Source: Deltaproteobacteria bacterium (GTDB lineage Bacteria > UBA10199 > DSSB01 > JACPFA01). Taken from it: DNA of 64,000 nucleotides. The stretch covers positions 33,284 to 97,283 of the forward strand of contig JACPFA010000026.1 in the NCBI GenBank assembly GCA_016183235.1, read 5' to 3'. A program made the translations under genes and the position numbers. Positions within the stretch are counted from its first letter, which is position 1. Each line of letters begins with the position of its first letter. The notes beneath the pieces are model-generated. The model searched no databases, had not been told where the DNA came from, and saw only the letters and a list, made by a program, of their open reading frames with translations. Below are positions 17,323-25,046 of this stretch, one piece after another.

Positions 17323-17943
17323 ATGACGTGGATTGTAGTAACAATCGTTCTGTTTTGGATCTTTCCCGCCCATGCTCAAGAATTCCCCAAAGACCACGCC
17401 AAGGCCTTGGCCGAACTGAAAGCCGGCCACTACGAAAAGGCCTATGACTATTTTGAAAAGGCCCGCCTTCACACCACCGATGACGCAGAATTACTCAAAG
17501 ACATTGGAATTACGGCCACAATCTTAAAAAAATATGACGCGGCCAATACCCATTTGATGAAAAGCTTTAAACTCGACCCCGAGGATTTTCGCACCTATTT
17601 AGCGCTGTATGATTTAGCCAAAGCCCAAGGCCAAGTCGACCAACAACAACAGTGGGCAAACTTACTCACCGAACACTTCCCCAACCTTTATCTCGGCTAC
17701 GCCCTGCAAGGGTCAATGCTCGCCAAAGCCGGCAAACTAAAAGCGGCATTCGAAAAGTTTGAACAGGCCAAAGCCAAAAACCCCCAAGACCCTTACTTCG
17801 AAAGCGACCGCGCCTTACTTTTGGCCAAACTAGGCCAAAAAGACCAGGCTATTGAAATTCTTGAGAAATTGGTTAAAGAGGCCGGCAGCAAAGAACCGCT
17901 GTTTCAAAAAAACCTCGAACAACTCAAAGCCATAAACCCTTAG
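17323..17943 (+). CDS. exported TPR-repeat protein
   Basis: The ORF opens at 17278, but codons 17290-17322 are a repeat unit (catcatggatcccgggtcaagcacgagatgacg). ATG 17323 gives the signal peptide MTWIVVTIVLFWIFPAHA/QE. The body is TPR-like. Confidence 0.65.
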   Translation: MTWIVVTIVLFWIFPAHAQEFPKDHAKALAELKAGHYEKAYDYFEKARLHTTDDAELLKDIGITATILKKYDAANTHLMKSFKLDPEDFRTYLALYDLAKAQGQVDQQQQWANLLTEHFPNLYLGYALQGSMLAKAGKLKAAFEKFEQAKAKNPQDPYFESDRALLLAKLGQKDQAIEILEKLVKEAGSKEPLFQKNLEQLKAINP

Positions 17944-17966
17944 GGCACCTCTAATAACTTGGATTT

Positions 17967-18119
17967 GGGGGGACCTCTAAAAAGGGCGTGAGATGCAAGG
18001 CGCCCGCAAAGGCGCGACCGGAGCGTATATGGAAATACGTGAGGATCGCGGCTTTGCGGGCAATCCTTCGCTTACGCTCTGGACAGGCTCTGCAGATGGG
18101 TCGTTTTTAGAGGTCCCCC
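17967..18119. repeat. D-type structured palindromic element, copy 1
   Basis: Terminal inverted repeats GGGGGACCTCTAAAAA / TTTTTAGAGGTCCCCC and an internal 15-bp stem (18002-18016 with 18047-18061). It is homologous to 56903-57028 and abuts the stop codon at 18120. Confidence 0.85.
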
Positions 18120-18596
18120 TTAATGAGTGGCATTTCTTTCTAACTGCTCCAAACGAGAATAAAGGTTCAACACATCTTGTTTGAGCGTAGTAATCTCTCC
18201 TTGTAACTCCCCTTTGGTAACATAATTTTTTTCAATGCGCTTGAGTTGCTCGTTGGCAAATAGATATTCCTGGCGCAGATCTTCGAATTTTTTGTAAAGA
18301 TCTTCAAAATGTTCATTCATTTCTTGGCGCAGGTCTCCCACCTCTTTTTTGATGATACCATGGATGTCAGGTTTAATAACTTTGTGATAATATTCTTCAA
18401 ATTGAATTAGATTCCCGGGCCGAATCACCTTCTGATAGTACTCACCAAACTGCTCAACATTAGCGGGCCGAATCACCTTTTGATAATATTCACTAAACTG
18501 TTCTAAATTAGCGGGCCGAATCACCTTTTGATAAAACTTCTCCAGCTGCGAAAGAGTAAGGGGGTTTTCTGTTTCTGTCTTTTTCTTTGGAGGCAT
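18120..18596 (-). CDS. coiled-coil protein with 15-aa tandem repeats
   Basis: 158 aa with four tandem copies of YYQKVIRPANxEQFxE (45-nt period, 18369-18545), followed by a heptad-like helical C-terminus. Confidence 0.6.
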   Translation of the reverse strand: MPPKKKTETENPLTLSQLEKFYQKVIRPANLEQFSEYYQKVIRPANVEQFGEYYQKVIRPGNLIQFEEYYHKVIKPDIHGIIKKEVGDLRQEMNEHFEDLYKKFEDLRQEYLFANEQLKRIEKNYVTKGELQGEITTLKQDVLNLYSRLEQLERNATH

Positions 18597-18669
18597 TTCT
18601 CTTTTATGACAAAATTTAATTTTGAAAACAATGAATATTTATCCATTGGAGAGAATTGAAGAATAAAAT

Positions 18670-18753
18670 GGAAGATTGCCACGGCATCATGGATCCCTGC
18701 CGGAGTTTACCCCTGCGCAGGCAGGGGCAGGGATGACATTGCTCGCAATGACA
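18670..18753. repeat. GC-hairpin repeat with an inner insert (copy of 13962-14045)
   Basis: ggaagattgccacggcatcatggatccctgccggagtttacccctgcgcaggcaggggcagggatgacattgctcgcaatgacag. Confidence 0.85.
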
Positions 18754-18768
18754 GGGGGCCCCATGACA

Positions 18769-19728
18769 TTATGAAAAAATGGCTTCGATTTTTGACGCAA
18801 GTTCTTGCGTCATAGAGATGTTTAACGCCCCTAGGTTTTCCTGCAGTTGCGTCAATTGCGTTGCCCCTAAAATAACGCTCGACACGTTAGGTTGGGCTGC
18901 CACCCAAGCCAAGGCCAGCTGCGCCCGGCTACACCCTGCTTCCTTGGCCAAGGTTTTGAATTGCCTGACACGTTCAATGTTACCATCGGTCAAGACCATC
19001 TCCCGTAACCAAGGAATCTGATCGAGCCTGGAGCCTTTGGGAATGCCTTCATCATATTTGCCGGTCAAAATACCTGAACCGAGCGGGCTCCACACCACCA
19101 TCCCCATCCCCGCAGCTTTCACCGCCTGTCGCACCCCTGGTTCCACCTTGTTGCGAGCCACTAAGCTATACTGTGGTTGCTCGACCTTGGGGCGATAATA
19201 CCCGCGGGACTTGCATAACTCAACACTGGCGGTGATTTGCTCAGCTGTCCATTCACTGGTACCCCAATAAAGCACCTTACCCTGATGCACTAAATCGTCC
19301 ATGGCCCGCACGGTTTCTTCTAAAGGCGTTGCTTCGTCATAGCGATGGCAAAAATACAGATCTAAATAGTCGGTACCCAAACGTTTGAGGCTTTTTTCGA
19401 CCGATTCCATGATGTGTTTGCGTGACAAACCCCGATCGTTGACATCTTCGCTCATGGGCCAAAATACCTTGGAAGAAAGCACCAAGGTATGGCGAGGAAA
19501 CTCTTTTAATACCTGCCCCATCACCTTTTCGGTCTCGCCCTTGGCATAAATATCAGCCATGTCAAAAAAATTAACGCCCACACCATAGGCATGATGCAAA
19601 ATTTGATGGATCACTTTTGGATCGGTCACGCTACCCCCAAAGGTTGTCCAACCCCCCAAGGCAAAGGTGCTCACCTTCACCCCGCACTGCCCTAAGGCCC
19701 GATAAGGCATGGTTATTTCGCTCATCAT
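18769..19728 (-). CDS. aldo/keto reductase (Kv-beta-like subfamily)
   Basis: 319 aa with YRALGQCGVKVSTFALGGW, NFFDMADIYAKGETE and DLYFCHRYD, typical AKR signatures. Confidence 0.85.
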   Translation of the reverse strand: MMSEITMPYRALGQCGVKVSTFALGGWTTFGGSVTDPKVIHQILHHAYGVGVNFFDMADIYAKGETEKVMGQVLKEFPRHTLVLSSKVFWPMSEDVNDRGLSRKHIMESVEKSLKRLGTDYLDLYFCHRYDEATPLEETVRAMDDLVHQGKVLYWGTSEWTAEQITASVELCKSRGYYRPKVEQPQYSLVARNKVEPGVRQAVKAAGMGMVVWSPLGSGILTGKYDEGIPKGSRLDQIPWLREMVLTDGNIERVRQFKTLAKEAGCSRAQLALAWVAAQPNVSSVILGATQLTQLQENLGALNISMTQELASKIEAIFS

Positions 19729-20088
19729 GTCTTGAAGCTTTACATTTTTTTAAGATTTTACGCAACCCGTCAGGAGGGATGACGATAAGGGTATTGTAAG
19801 GGGTGAGGGACAGGGGATAAAAAGGGTTTAGGTTAAGTTGAGTTTAGATCCCCTTCCACAAACGAAAAGCCGTGCTGAGGTCAAACTTAGTGCGGCTTTT
19901 TTACTCACCGCCTTTCATGAACTCTCTCGTTGTCACGTAGTTGTGCTGAATTCCCACACACATCTTTAAAATGGAGCCTTTAATCCCCATTTTTATCAAT
20001 AAAAATTATCATGAATTAACAATAAAAACAAACATTGATTTAAGTGATTTCAAATAGTTATATTATGAATCGGTTGGACGTGTCAATT

Positions 20089-20104
20089 TGGCATTCAACT
20101 TGCA
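20089..20104 (+). promoter_or_regulatory. sigma-54 (-24/-12) promoter candidate
   Basis: TGGCAT-TCAAC-TTGCA matches the consensus TGGCAC-N5-TTGCW with correct GG..GC spacing. It lies 118 nt upstream of the lipoprotein ATG and is preceded by a long AT-rich tract. Confidence 0.6.
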
Positions 20105-20150
20105 TACGACAAGATCAAACCCATTACGGGGAGACTTAGCTGGGTCTTAG

Positions 20151-20201
20151 GCCATGATAACGCCGGGTCAAGCCCGGGGCAGGCTTAGGGCTCGCAATGA
20201 C
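20151..20201. repeat. GC-hairpin repeat unit in the 5' UTR
   Basis: gccatgataacgccgggtcaagcccggggcaggcttagggctcgcaatgacatg. Confidence 0.7.
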
Positions 20202-20221
20202 ATGAATTGAAGGAGTTGATT

Positions 20222-20950
20222 ATGAAGAAGACATTACATTTAATAGCTTATGCTTTAATATCTTTATTGGTGGCGTGCGGCGGTGGTAATCCCATTGAAG
20301 ACCTCACTAAACAATTAGAAGACACACCCCAAGGCACAGGGCCTACTTTTGCTGAATCGGGCGCAAATAACGCCACAATTGATGCCTGGGTTACGAATGT
20401 TTTGGAAATGGTAAGCCAAGCTAATTTTGATTTGGCCGATAAGGCCTATGACCAAGCAGGGATTGATGACAATGCCACGACCTTCTCGCTTAACGAAGGT
20501 AATGTAAACCTCAATGGTTTCAAAACAGGGACTGTGAACGCAAAGGTTTCAGGCTCAGGCACACAAAATGGTTCTGGCGCTGGCTCGGCTTCTTTTTCTG
20601 TTGATTCGAACTTTGATAATTTTAGTGATAAAGCAACCCTGACCATCACCGGCACCACACATTATGCCTTAACCGCTTCGGGCAATAATGATAGCGCGGT
20701 GTTCGACATTAACACCAATGGCGTGCTTGCTTTGTCGGGTGACTATGGTGCCAAGATGAGCTTTGACGTTGCTGTAAAGTTTGATTTGGCTGAACTCGAA
20801 GATGGTGACCCCAACAACGACGACGAAGCCAATGTAGAAGTGCAAGGTTCGGCCGTTGTGGTTTCAGGCAACGACACTTACGAATGTAGCTTTAGCGTCG
20901 ATACCAGCATTTCTTCGATAGCCACGGCTGCCCACTGCACCAAAAAATAA
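20222..20950 (+). CDS. lipoprotein, function unknown
   Basis: ATG 20222 lies 7 nt after GAAGGAG. MKKTLHLIAYALISLLVACGGG has a lipobox (LVAC). The track's TTG start at 20207 is rejected. Confidence 0.7.
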   Translation: MKKTLHLIAYALISLLVACGGGNPIEDLTKQLEDTPQGTGPTFAESGANNATIDAWVTNVLEMVSQANFDLADKAYDQAGIDDNATTFSLNEGNVNLNGFKTGTVNAKVSGSGTQNGSGAGSASFSVDSNFDNFSDKATLTITGTTHYALTASGNNDSAVFDINTNGVLALSGDYGAKMSFDVAVKFDLAELEDGDPNNDDEANVEVQGSAVVVSGNDTYECSFSVDTSISSIATAAHCTKK

Positions 20951-21003
20951 CGCCGACTTTTGCATTGACGGCTTTTAGCCTCAAGAGTTAAAGACCAGGG
21001 GGC

Positions 21004-21237
21004 ATGACCAAAAAACTCCCATTTGAAAAGGCCATGGAACGCCTGGAAGAGATTGTAGGTGCGCTCGAAGAAGGCGACCTGGCCTTAGAAAAATCTCTCA
21101 AGCTGTTTGAAGAAGGGGTGGGGCATATTCGCCGGCTCAATACCGAACTCGAAGCCGCTGAACTCACGGTTGAAAAGCTCATGAAAAAGAACGGTGAGCT
21201 TGAAACCGCCCCCTTTGAAAGCGATGAAACCCCATGA
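21004..21237 (+). CDS. xseB: exodeoxyribonuclease VII small subunit
   Basis: 77 aa, LPFEKAMERLEEIVGALEEGDLALEKSLKLFEEGV, typical of XseB. It overlaps ispA by 4 nt. Confidence 0.9.
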   Translation: MTKKLPFEKAMERLEEIVGALEEGDLALEKSLKLFEEGVGHIRRLNTELEAAELTVEKLMKKNGELETAPFESDETP

Positions 21238-22121
21238 TCGACCTCAAGGCCTACCTGGCTAATCGCAAGACTCTCATCGAGGCCGCCTTAGAAAAATTTT
21301 TGCTCCCCACCACAACTTGGCCTACAAGTTTGCATCAAGCCATGCGTTATAGCATGATGGCGGGCGGCAAGCGCTTGCGCCCTATCTTGGTATTAGCAGG
21401 CTGTGAAGCGGTGGCTGGGGATATCGAGGTTGCCATTCCTACGGCCTGCGCCATGGAGATGATCCACACCTATTCGCTCATTCACGACGACCTGCCCGCC
21501 ATGGATGATGACGATTTGCGCCGCGGGCACCCCACCAATCACAAAGTTTACGGCGAGGCCATTGCAATTTTAGCCGGTGATTCATTACTCACCGAGGCCT
21601 TTAGCATGATCGCCAAAACGCCTATTCCATCTACACACACCGCTCAACTTTTAAAGGTCATTGCCTTGATTGCCGATGCGGCAGGGTCTGGTGGCATGGC
21701 GGGGGGGCAAGTGGTTGACCTCGAGAGTGAACATAAAAAAATTAGCGCTGAGGAATTAAAAAAAATCCATGTGCATAAAACCGGCAAATTAATTCAAGCC
21801 TCGGTGACGGCAGGGGCCATGCTGGGCAAGGGTTCGGAAGCACAAATTAACAACCTAGGCCATTACGGCATGAACATTGGGCTCGCCTTTCAAATCGCCG
21901 ACGATATTTTAGACATTGAAGGCGGTGAAGCGATTGGCAAAGATGTAGGCAGCGACCTCGCCAAAGAAAAATCGACCTACCCCTCTGTGCTAGGTATGGA
22001 AACTTCGCGCAAACTCGCCCATGATTTAATCGAGGAAGCCCTAGGCAACCTCCAAGGCTTCTCCGCCCATGCCGACCCCCTCCGGGCCATTGCTCAATAT
22101 GTCATTAGCCGTAAAAATTAA
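21234..22121 (+). CDS. ispA: farnesyl/geranyl diphosphate synthase
   Basis: 295 aa with the first Asp-rich motif LIHDDLPAMDDDDLRRG and the second FQIADDILD. Confidence 0.92.
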   Translation: MIDLKAYLANRKTLIEAALEKFLLPTTTWPTSLHQAMRYSMMAGGKRLRPILVLAGCEAVAGDIEVAIPTACAMEMIHTYSLIHDDLPAMDDDDLRRGHPTNHKVYGEAIAILAGDSLLTEAFSMIAKTPIPSTHTAQLLKVIALIADAAGSGGMAGGQVVDLESEHKKISAEELKKIHVHKTGKLIQASVTAGAMLGKGSEAQINNLGHYGMNIGLAFQIADDILDIEGGEAIGKDVGSDLAKEKSTYPSVLGMETSRKLAHDLIEEALGNLQGFSAHADPLRAIAQYVISRKN

Positions 22122-22558
22122 AGGAGAGGATTGACCACTTTTATTTTGGGGAATCGGTGCAGATCCGAATCTGCCGTATAAATGATAGAAATATCATGTT
22201 CTCTCATCAGGGCTACGTGATGGGCGTCGTGAATTAAATTCCCAACCAGTCGGAAATTCCACTTTGATAAGTCCCGCAAATAAGTAAGATGGTCCTCGGT
22301 TTCAGCCAAAATAGTAATGTTAGGAGCGGAAGAAAAAAAGACAACATTTTGTAAGGCCGCTTCAAGGGTTAAGGTTTGCCCCTTAAAAAGTTGGGGATGC
22401 GTCACAACCCTTAAATATTCATAAATGACTCCCCAACTAAAATACCATAAGTCATTTTCTTGAAGGCAATTTTTTAGAAAGTCCTTGGCCTTAGAATGTT
22501 CTGGAAAACTGGAATAAGTTGCATACACGAATAGGTTGGTGTCGATAAATGCCTTCAC
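22118..22558 (-). CDS. vapC: PIN-domain toxin (VapC family)
   Basis: 146 aa starting MKAFIDTNLFVYA (the first acidic PIN residue). It is conserved in position after a small antitoxin gene, and its 3' end overlaps the ispA 3' end by 4 nt. Confidence 0.8.
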   Translation of the reverse strand: MKAFIDTNLFVYATYSSFPEHSKAKDFLKNCLQENDLWYFSWGVIYEYLRVVTHPQLFKGQTLTLEAALQNVVFFSSAPNITILAETEDHLTYLRDLSKWNFRLVGNLIHDAHHVALMREHDISIIYTADSDLHRFPKIKVVNPLL

Positions 22559-22803
22559 AGGTTATTTTTGGAAATTAAATCAAAATAGGTTGAACGATCA
22601 GAAGGATCGAAATGAGCAACCGGTTCTGCCTTGCTACTATTCCAGTGAAATTCGACCTTTTTTTTATTTCGAATTCGATAAGACTGAAGACCTTCGCGCA
22701 ATAATTCATTCACGAGTTCTTTAAAACTGCGCTTCTCTTGCAAAGAAAGAAGCCTTAGTTCTTTTTCAACTTTTGTTTCTAATGGGATGGTCGTCCGATG
22801 CAC
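22555..22803 (-). CDS. vapB: VapB-type antitoxin
   Basis: 82 aa with a 4-nt overlap with vapC. The N-terminus (TTIPLETKVEKELRLLSLQEKRSFKELVNELL) is RHH/CopG-like. Confidence 0.65.
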   Translation of the reverse strand: MHRTTIPLETKVEKELRLLSLQEKRSFKELVNELLREGLQSYRIRNKKKVEFHWNSSKAEPVAHFDPSDRSTYFDLISKNNL

Positions 22804-22858
22804 GCTTTTAAGTTTTATATAAAAACATCAAAATGTCAATATAGAATCATCTTGATGC

Positions 22859-23060
22859 GTAATGCTTCAGTCTTGCAGGGAGAGCGCTTGGGTTATTTCG
22901 TCAGCCGCGCTCCATCGGCGACCCTCATGGGGCTAGCCGGCACGGAAGCCTTCCGGTATAACCGGCTTTCCATGCCGGCTAACCCGCATGGGGGCCCCGC
23001 CGCTTCCGCGATGGCTTCCTCAACAACCCAAGCACTCTCCCTGCAAGACTGAAGCATTAC
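22859..23060. mobile_element. MITE-like palindromic element (E-type, copy 1) with an 8-bp target-site duplication
   Basis: 202 bp with terminal inverted repeats of ~36 bp and one mismatch (gtaatgcttcagtcttgcagggagagcgcttgggtt / aacccaagcactctccctgcaagactgaagcattac). It is flanked directly by CTTGATGC at 22851-22858 and 23061-23068. Confidence 0.8.
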
Positions 23061-23347
23061 CTTGATGCTAAATTGGATTTCAAAGCAAAATCTTCGTAAA
23101 TTGTCTTGCGAGCCCCTAAGGTGAGAATTTCGATTTGTTTTTCTTCCTCAGCCACACGGTATAAAACCCTAAAATGTTTGACGCGCAAGGATCTTAGACC
23201 CGTCAACTCTTTTTGCAGGGCTTTTCCCGCCCAAGGATCTGCCTGGAGGCTATCTAATGCCAACCGAATCAATGATTTTAAAACGGGATGTAATTGACGA
23301 ATGCGTAGTTTTGCCTCGGAGGTATAAATGAGATGAAACGCTCTCAA
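23057..23347 (-). CDS. RelE/ParE-family toxin
   Basis: 96 aa, ...DPWAGKALQKELTGLRSLRVKHFRVLYRVAEEEKQIEILTLGARKTIYE, the RelE/ParE pattern. The stop codon TAA is supplied by the terminus of the inserted element. Confidence 0.8.
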   Translation of the reverse strand: MRAFHLIYTSEAKLRIRQLHPVLKSLIRLALDSLQADPWAGKALQKELTGLRSLRVKHFRVLYRVAEEEKQIEILTLGARKTIYEDFALKSNLASR

Positions 23348-23613
23348 TCCTCAAAAACCTCTTGATGAGAATGCCAGTTTTTAGCACGGCTTTCTTTTAA
23401 GGCACGGTGCAAAGAACGGAGTAAGCTTTGGTCATGCAAAATTTCTAACGTCTCTAACAAACCCTCATATTCCTCAGGGCTCATTAAAATACCCGCGGCT
23501 TGCCCATCTTTCGTAATAGCCACTACACCCCCTTGATTTTGAAGAGACTTGAGCAGCTTCATTAGCTCTCGCTTAACTTGGGTCACAGGTAGAATTTTGT
23601 CGGAATGAATCAT
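23344..23613 (-). CDS. Phd/YefM-family antitoxin
   Basis: MIHSDKILPVTQVKRELMKLLKSLQNQGGVVAITKDGQAAGILMSPEEYEGLLETLEI is classic Phd/YefM. ATG 23613 (after AAAGGA) is preferred over the track start at 23670. Confidence 0.8.
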   Translation of the reverse strand: MIHSDKILPVTQVKRELMKLLKSLQNQGGVVAITKDGQAAGILMSPEEYEGLLETLEILHDQSLLRSLHRALKESRAKNWHSHQEVFED

Positions 23614-23778
23614 TTTAAAGTATCCTTTAAAGGGCCTTTTAAAGGTAAACTTTAAAGCATTCATTGTCAAGGTCTATCACAGAACTTTCATGGTTCTCAC
23701 GGTTCTCAAATTACACAACCCTTTTTTAAAATAACCGATAATTTAACTAGTTTGGGGTGGATTAACGAAGGGGTTTTT

Positions 23779-24969
23779 ATGGGAAAAATAGGGGAATATC
23801 CATTACCACAAGATTCGACTCATATCGCGCTATGCAATAATGGCCATACTTCCATGGCTTGGGGAACCACCCAAACTCAATTTTCGGGACAAGCCCTAGA
23901 CTTAAGTCTGGTAGCATCTAACGATTGTCTCCTGATTCCAAGAAGCACACAGGCTGGCCAAAAAATTGAGCAAGAATTGGTGGGTCAAAGTGCCCTCGAG
24001 TTGGCTAATAGTGCCAAGCCTTATCTTACAGACTTCCGACGTTATTATGAAACGAGTTTCCTACCCTCAGGAACCGAACCTGTGGCCTGGGCTTGTGAAG
24101 TTAATGGAGAACTCAGCCTTGGTTTAGAAAGTAACCAAAGCGAAGCGCTGGAGGCAAGCCGCCGAGTGACAGACCCTGTTGCCGCTCACTCTTTTTATAC
24201 AGAATCGGCTTGCAATTATTATCGCCCTAAGGATCCCGAGTTTGCGATGCTAAGCGGGGCCTTGCAAATGGCGCTCGATCAACAATTTTTAGGGTGGGTT
24301 GATTATGAGGCCATGCAATTAGCCGCTCACGCAACCCCTGATCTGCAAGGCGCCGATGCCTTTTTGATTTCAGACGAATCGACCCTTTTAAAGGGCTATG
24401 CTTGGCAATGCCAGGGTGAGGCAGGCCCAGTTATCGGCTGGGCATTGAACGAAACTGAAGCTTACACGCAAGTGGCGTGGCGGCAACGGATCTTCAATCA
24501 AGAGTTTGCGATGTGGCAGCATCCTGAAGTGGCAGCAAGTGGGCAAAAACACACAAATAACTGTTCGGTTGATAAGGCTGATACCCTTACTGGCATGATC
24601 AACCTTGCGGCCTATTCTCAAATGTTAAATCAAACCATTCTAGAATCTGCCCTCCTAGCCTCAGCCTCTCCAGACCTTAAGTATGACCCGCAAGGCTTTG
24701 CAAGGCATGCCACACAACAAATTGATTCTCTTATTTATGATTCACCCACTCCTCCGCCAGGTTGGGCGTGGACTTGTTTAAGCCAGGACGGCTTGGTAAA
24801 GGCGGGTTGGAACGAGGATTTTCTGACTTCTTTCCTTTATGCCACAGTCTATCAAATGTTCTCGGGAGCGCCTTGCGAAATCACCTCAGACAATACTTTT
24901 AAAGGTCTCATCATCTATACCGCCATCTATTTTAGACTAACGAGTATAGAAAATTCTACTCCGATTTAA
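23779..24969 (+). CDS. hypothetical protein with four W-x-C...G-W repeats
   Basis: ATG 23779 is preferred over TTG 23752. Four spaced copies of a motif are present: IALCNNGHTSMAWGTT, VAWACEVNGELSLGLES, YAWQCQGEAGPVIGWALNE and WAWTCLSQDGLVKAGWNE. No family is recognised. Confidence 0.55.
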   Translation: MGKIGEYPLPQDSTHIALCNNGHTSMAWGTTQTQFSGQALDLSLVASNDCLLIPRSTQAGQKIEQELVGQSALELANSAKPYLTDFRRYYETSFLPSGTEPVAWACEVNGELSLGLESNQSEALEASRRVTDPVAAHSFYTESACNYYRPKDPEFAMLSGALQMALDQQFLGWVDYEAMQLAAHATPDLQGADAFLISDESTLLKGYAWQCQGEAGPVIGWALNETEAYTQVAWRQRIFNQEFAMWQHPEVAASGQKHTNNCSVDKADTLTGMINLAAYSQMLNQTILESALLASASPDLKYDPQGFARHATQQIDSLIYDSPTPPPGWAWTCLSQDGLVKAGWNEDFLTSFLYATVYQMFSGAPCEITSDNTFKGLIIYTAIYFRLTSIENSTPI

Positions 24970-25046
24970 GGAATAACGTAGAACTTAATCGCAAAATAAT
25001 GGCAGGCGCCATGTTGGGAAAGGGTTCCGAAGCACAAATATTGACA
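24968..25046. other. chimeric recombination scar: a copy of the hlyIII 3' end fused to a copy of an ispA-internal segment
   Basis: 24968-25006 matches 26512-26550 (about 37/39). 25001-25040 matches ispA 21815-21855 (about 36/40). The two join at GGCAGG. Confidence 0.7.

Noticed and set aside
19861-19905. Plus-strand terminator-like hairpin (AAAGCCG-N20-CGGCTTTTTT) hinting at an sRNA in the 490-bp gap
   Set aside because: The stem is only 6-8 bp and partly A-U, with a 20-nt loop. No promoter or conserved structure is recognisable, so it is too weak to call.
22798-23052. ORFs 22798..23052 and 62799..63020 share MGLAGTEAFR and PA(N/S)PH(G/W)GP, suggesting a conserved peptide
   Set aside because: Both lie entirely inside the E-type palindromes. 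The shared peptide is just the conserved core read in one frame, and palindromic symmetry with no RBS argues against coding.
22859-23060. Retron-like msr/msd ncRNA (long flanking inverted repeats around a structured core)
   Set aside because: There is no reverse transcriptase gene anywhere in the window, and the inverted repeats are better explained as MITE termini with an 8-bp target duplication.
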